Source: the human T2T-CHM13v2.0 reference genome, Homo sapiens
Direction: 5' to 3' (one strand)
Length of the DNA stretch: 64,000 nt
Assembly: GCF_009914755.1 (NCBI RefSeq)
Contig: NC_060928.1
Positions 63,450 to 64,000 of the stretch are shown here, piece after piece. Each line of letters starts with the position of its first letter. The first letter of the stretch is position 1. Position numbers and translations under genes: made by a program. The notes below the pieces were generated by a model that made no database searches, was not told the DNA's origin, and worked only from the letters and a program-made list of their open reading frames with translations.

Positions 63450-64000
63450 TATTCAAATGTGTGAATGAGATAGAAAGAAAGGGATCTGGTGAACTTACAG
63501 TCTGATAATAAAGAATATGTTATGAATAATGTGTTGCTATGCTTATACCACATGACTAGGATTAGGGAGAGTTATGTTTAAAAAGAGTGAGGCTTGTTAT
63601 TTTACTTCTTCCTCTGACTTATATCAGTCAACATTTGTAGAATCCAAAGATTTAACAAACTCTTTGTGTGATGCCATATCTGTACTCTGATTTGGCTGAA
63701 CATAAAAAGAGCTAGTAAAGGAAAGTTGTTTTCTAGTAACAGAAAAATTGTTTTTATTCTTATTCTATTTCTAATCCAGTTACTTCCTTTAAAAAGTGGA
63801 ACCTCTGTTGATTCCCTGGTAGTAAGTACACATGAGTTTCACTTCAAATGTGAAAATTTTAAACAAGAAGTTAATGCATAATCAATGATGATAAATAACT
63901 TTACAAACTTCTTTTTTATTCAAGGTATTGTCATTTGAGTTCTATATGATGATGCACTCAGAGAAATGAATCCAATTAAATATAAAAGGCAATAGTGCAG

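Overview
Human (or near-identical hominid) genomic DNA containing the complete GC gene (group-specific component / vitamin D-binding protein, albumin family) on the minus strand. All 13 exons could be placed by hand with canonical GT-AG junctions. The spliced CDS is 1425 nt (474 aa + TAG), from ATG at 44461 to the stop at 6601, with a non-coding exon 13 and AATAAA at 2141-2146. The allele is GC1S (Glu432/Thr436, Arg445). An HNF1-type liver promoter lies at about 44520-44730. The rest is intronic or flanking DNA rich in repeats: eight Alus, a full-length THE1 provirus, a full-length decayed L1PA, several truncated L1s, L2, MIR and DNA-transposon fossils, and a tailless 5S rRNA retrocopy. Nearly all ORFs in the supplied track are repeat-derived or spurious. 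I see no new gene system. The best second-look items are: (1) a full-length L1 carrying an apparent ~205-nt 3' transduction with its own AATAAA, second tail and TSD; (2) three sense Alus each ending 41-54 nt before a GC splice acceptor, plus a clean sense/antisense Alu split that predicts circRNAs; (3) an AluY whose poly(A) tail is replaced by a G-rich tract; (4) an open L1 ORF0; (5) a twin-primed inverted young L1. Repeat subfamily names, rsIDs and literature points are from memory and were not checked against databases.
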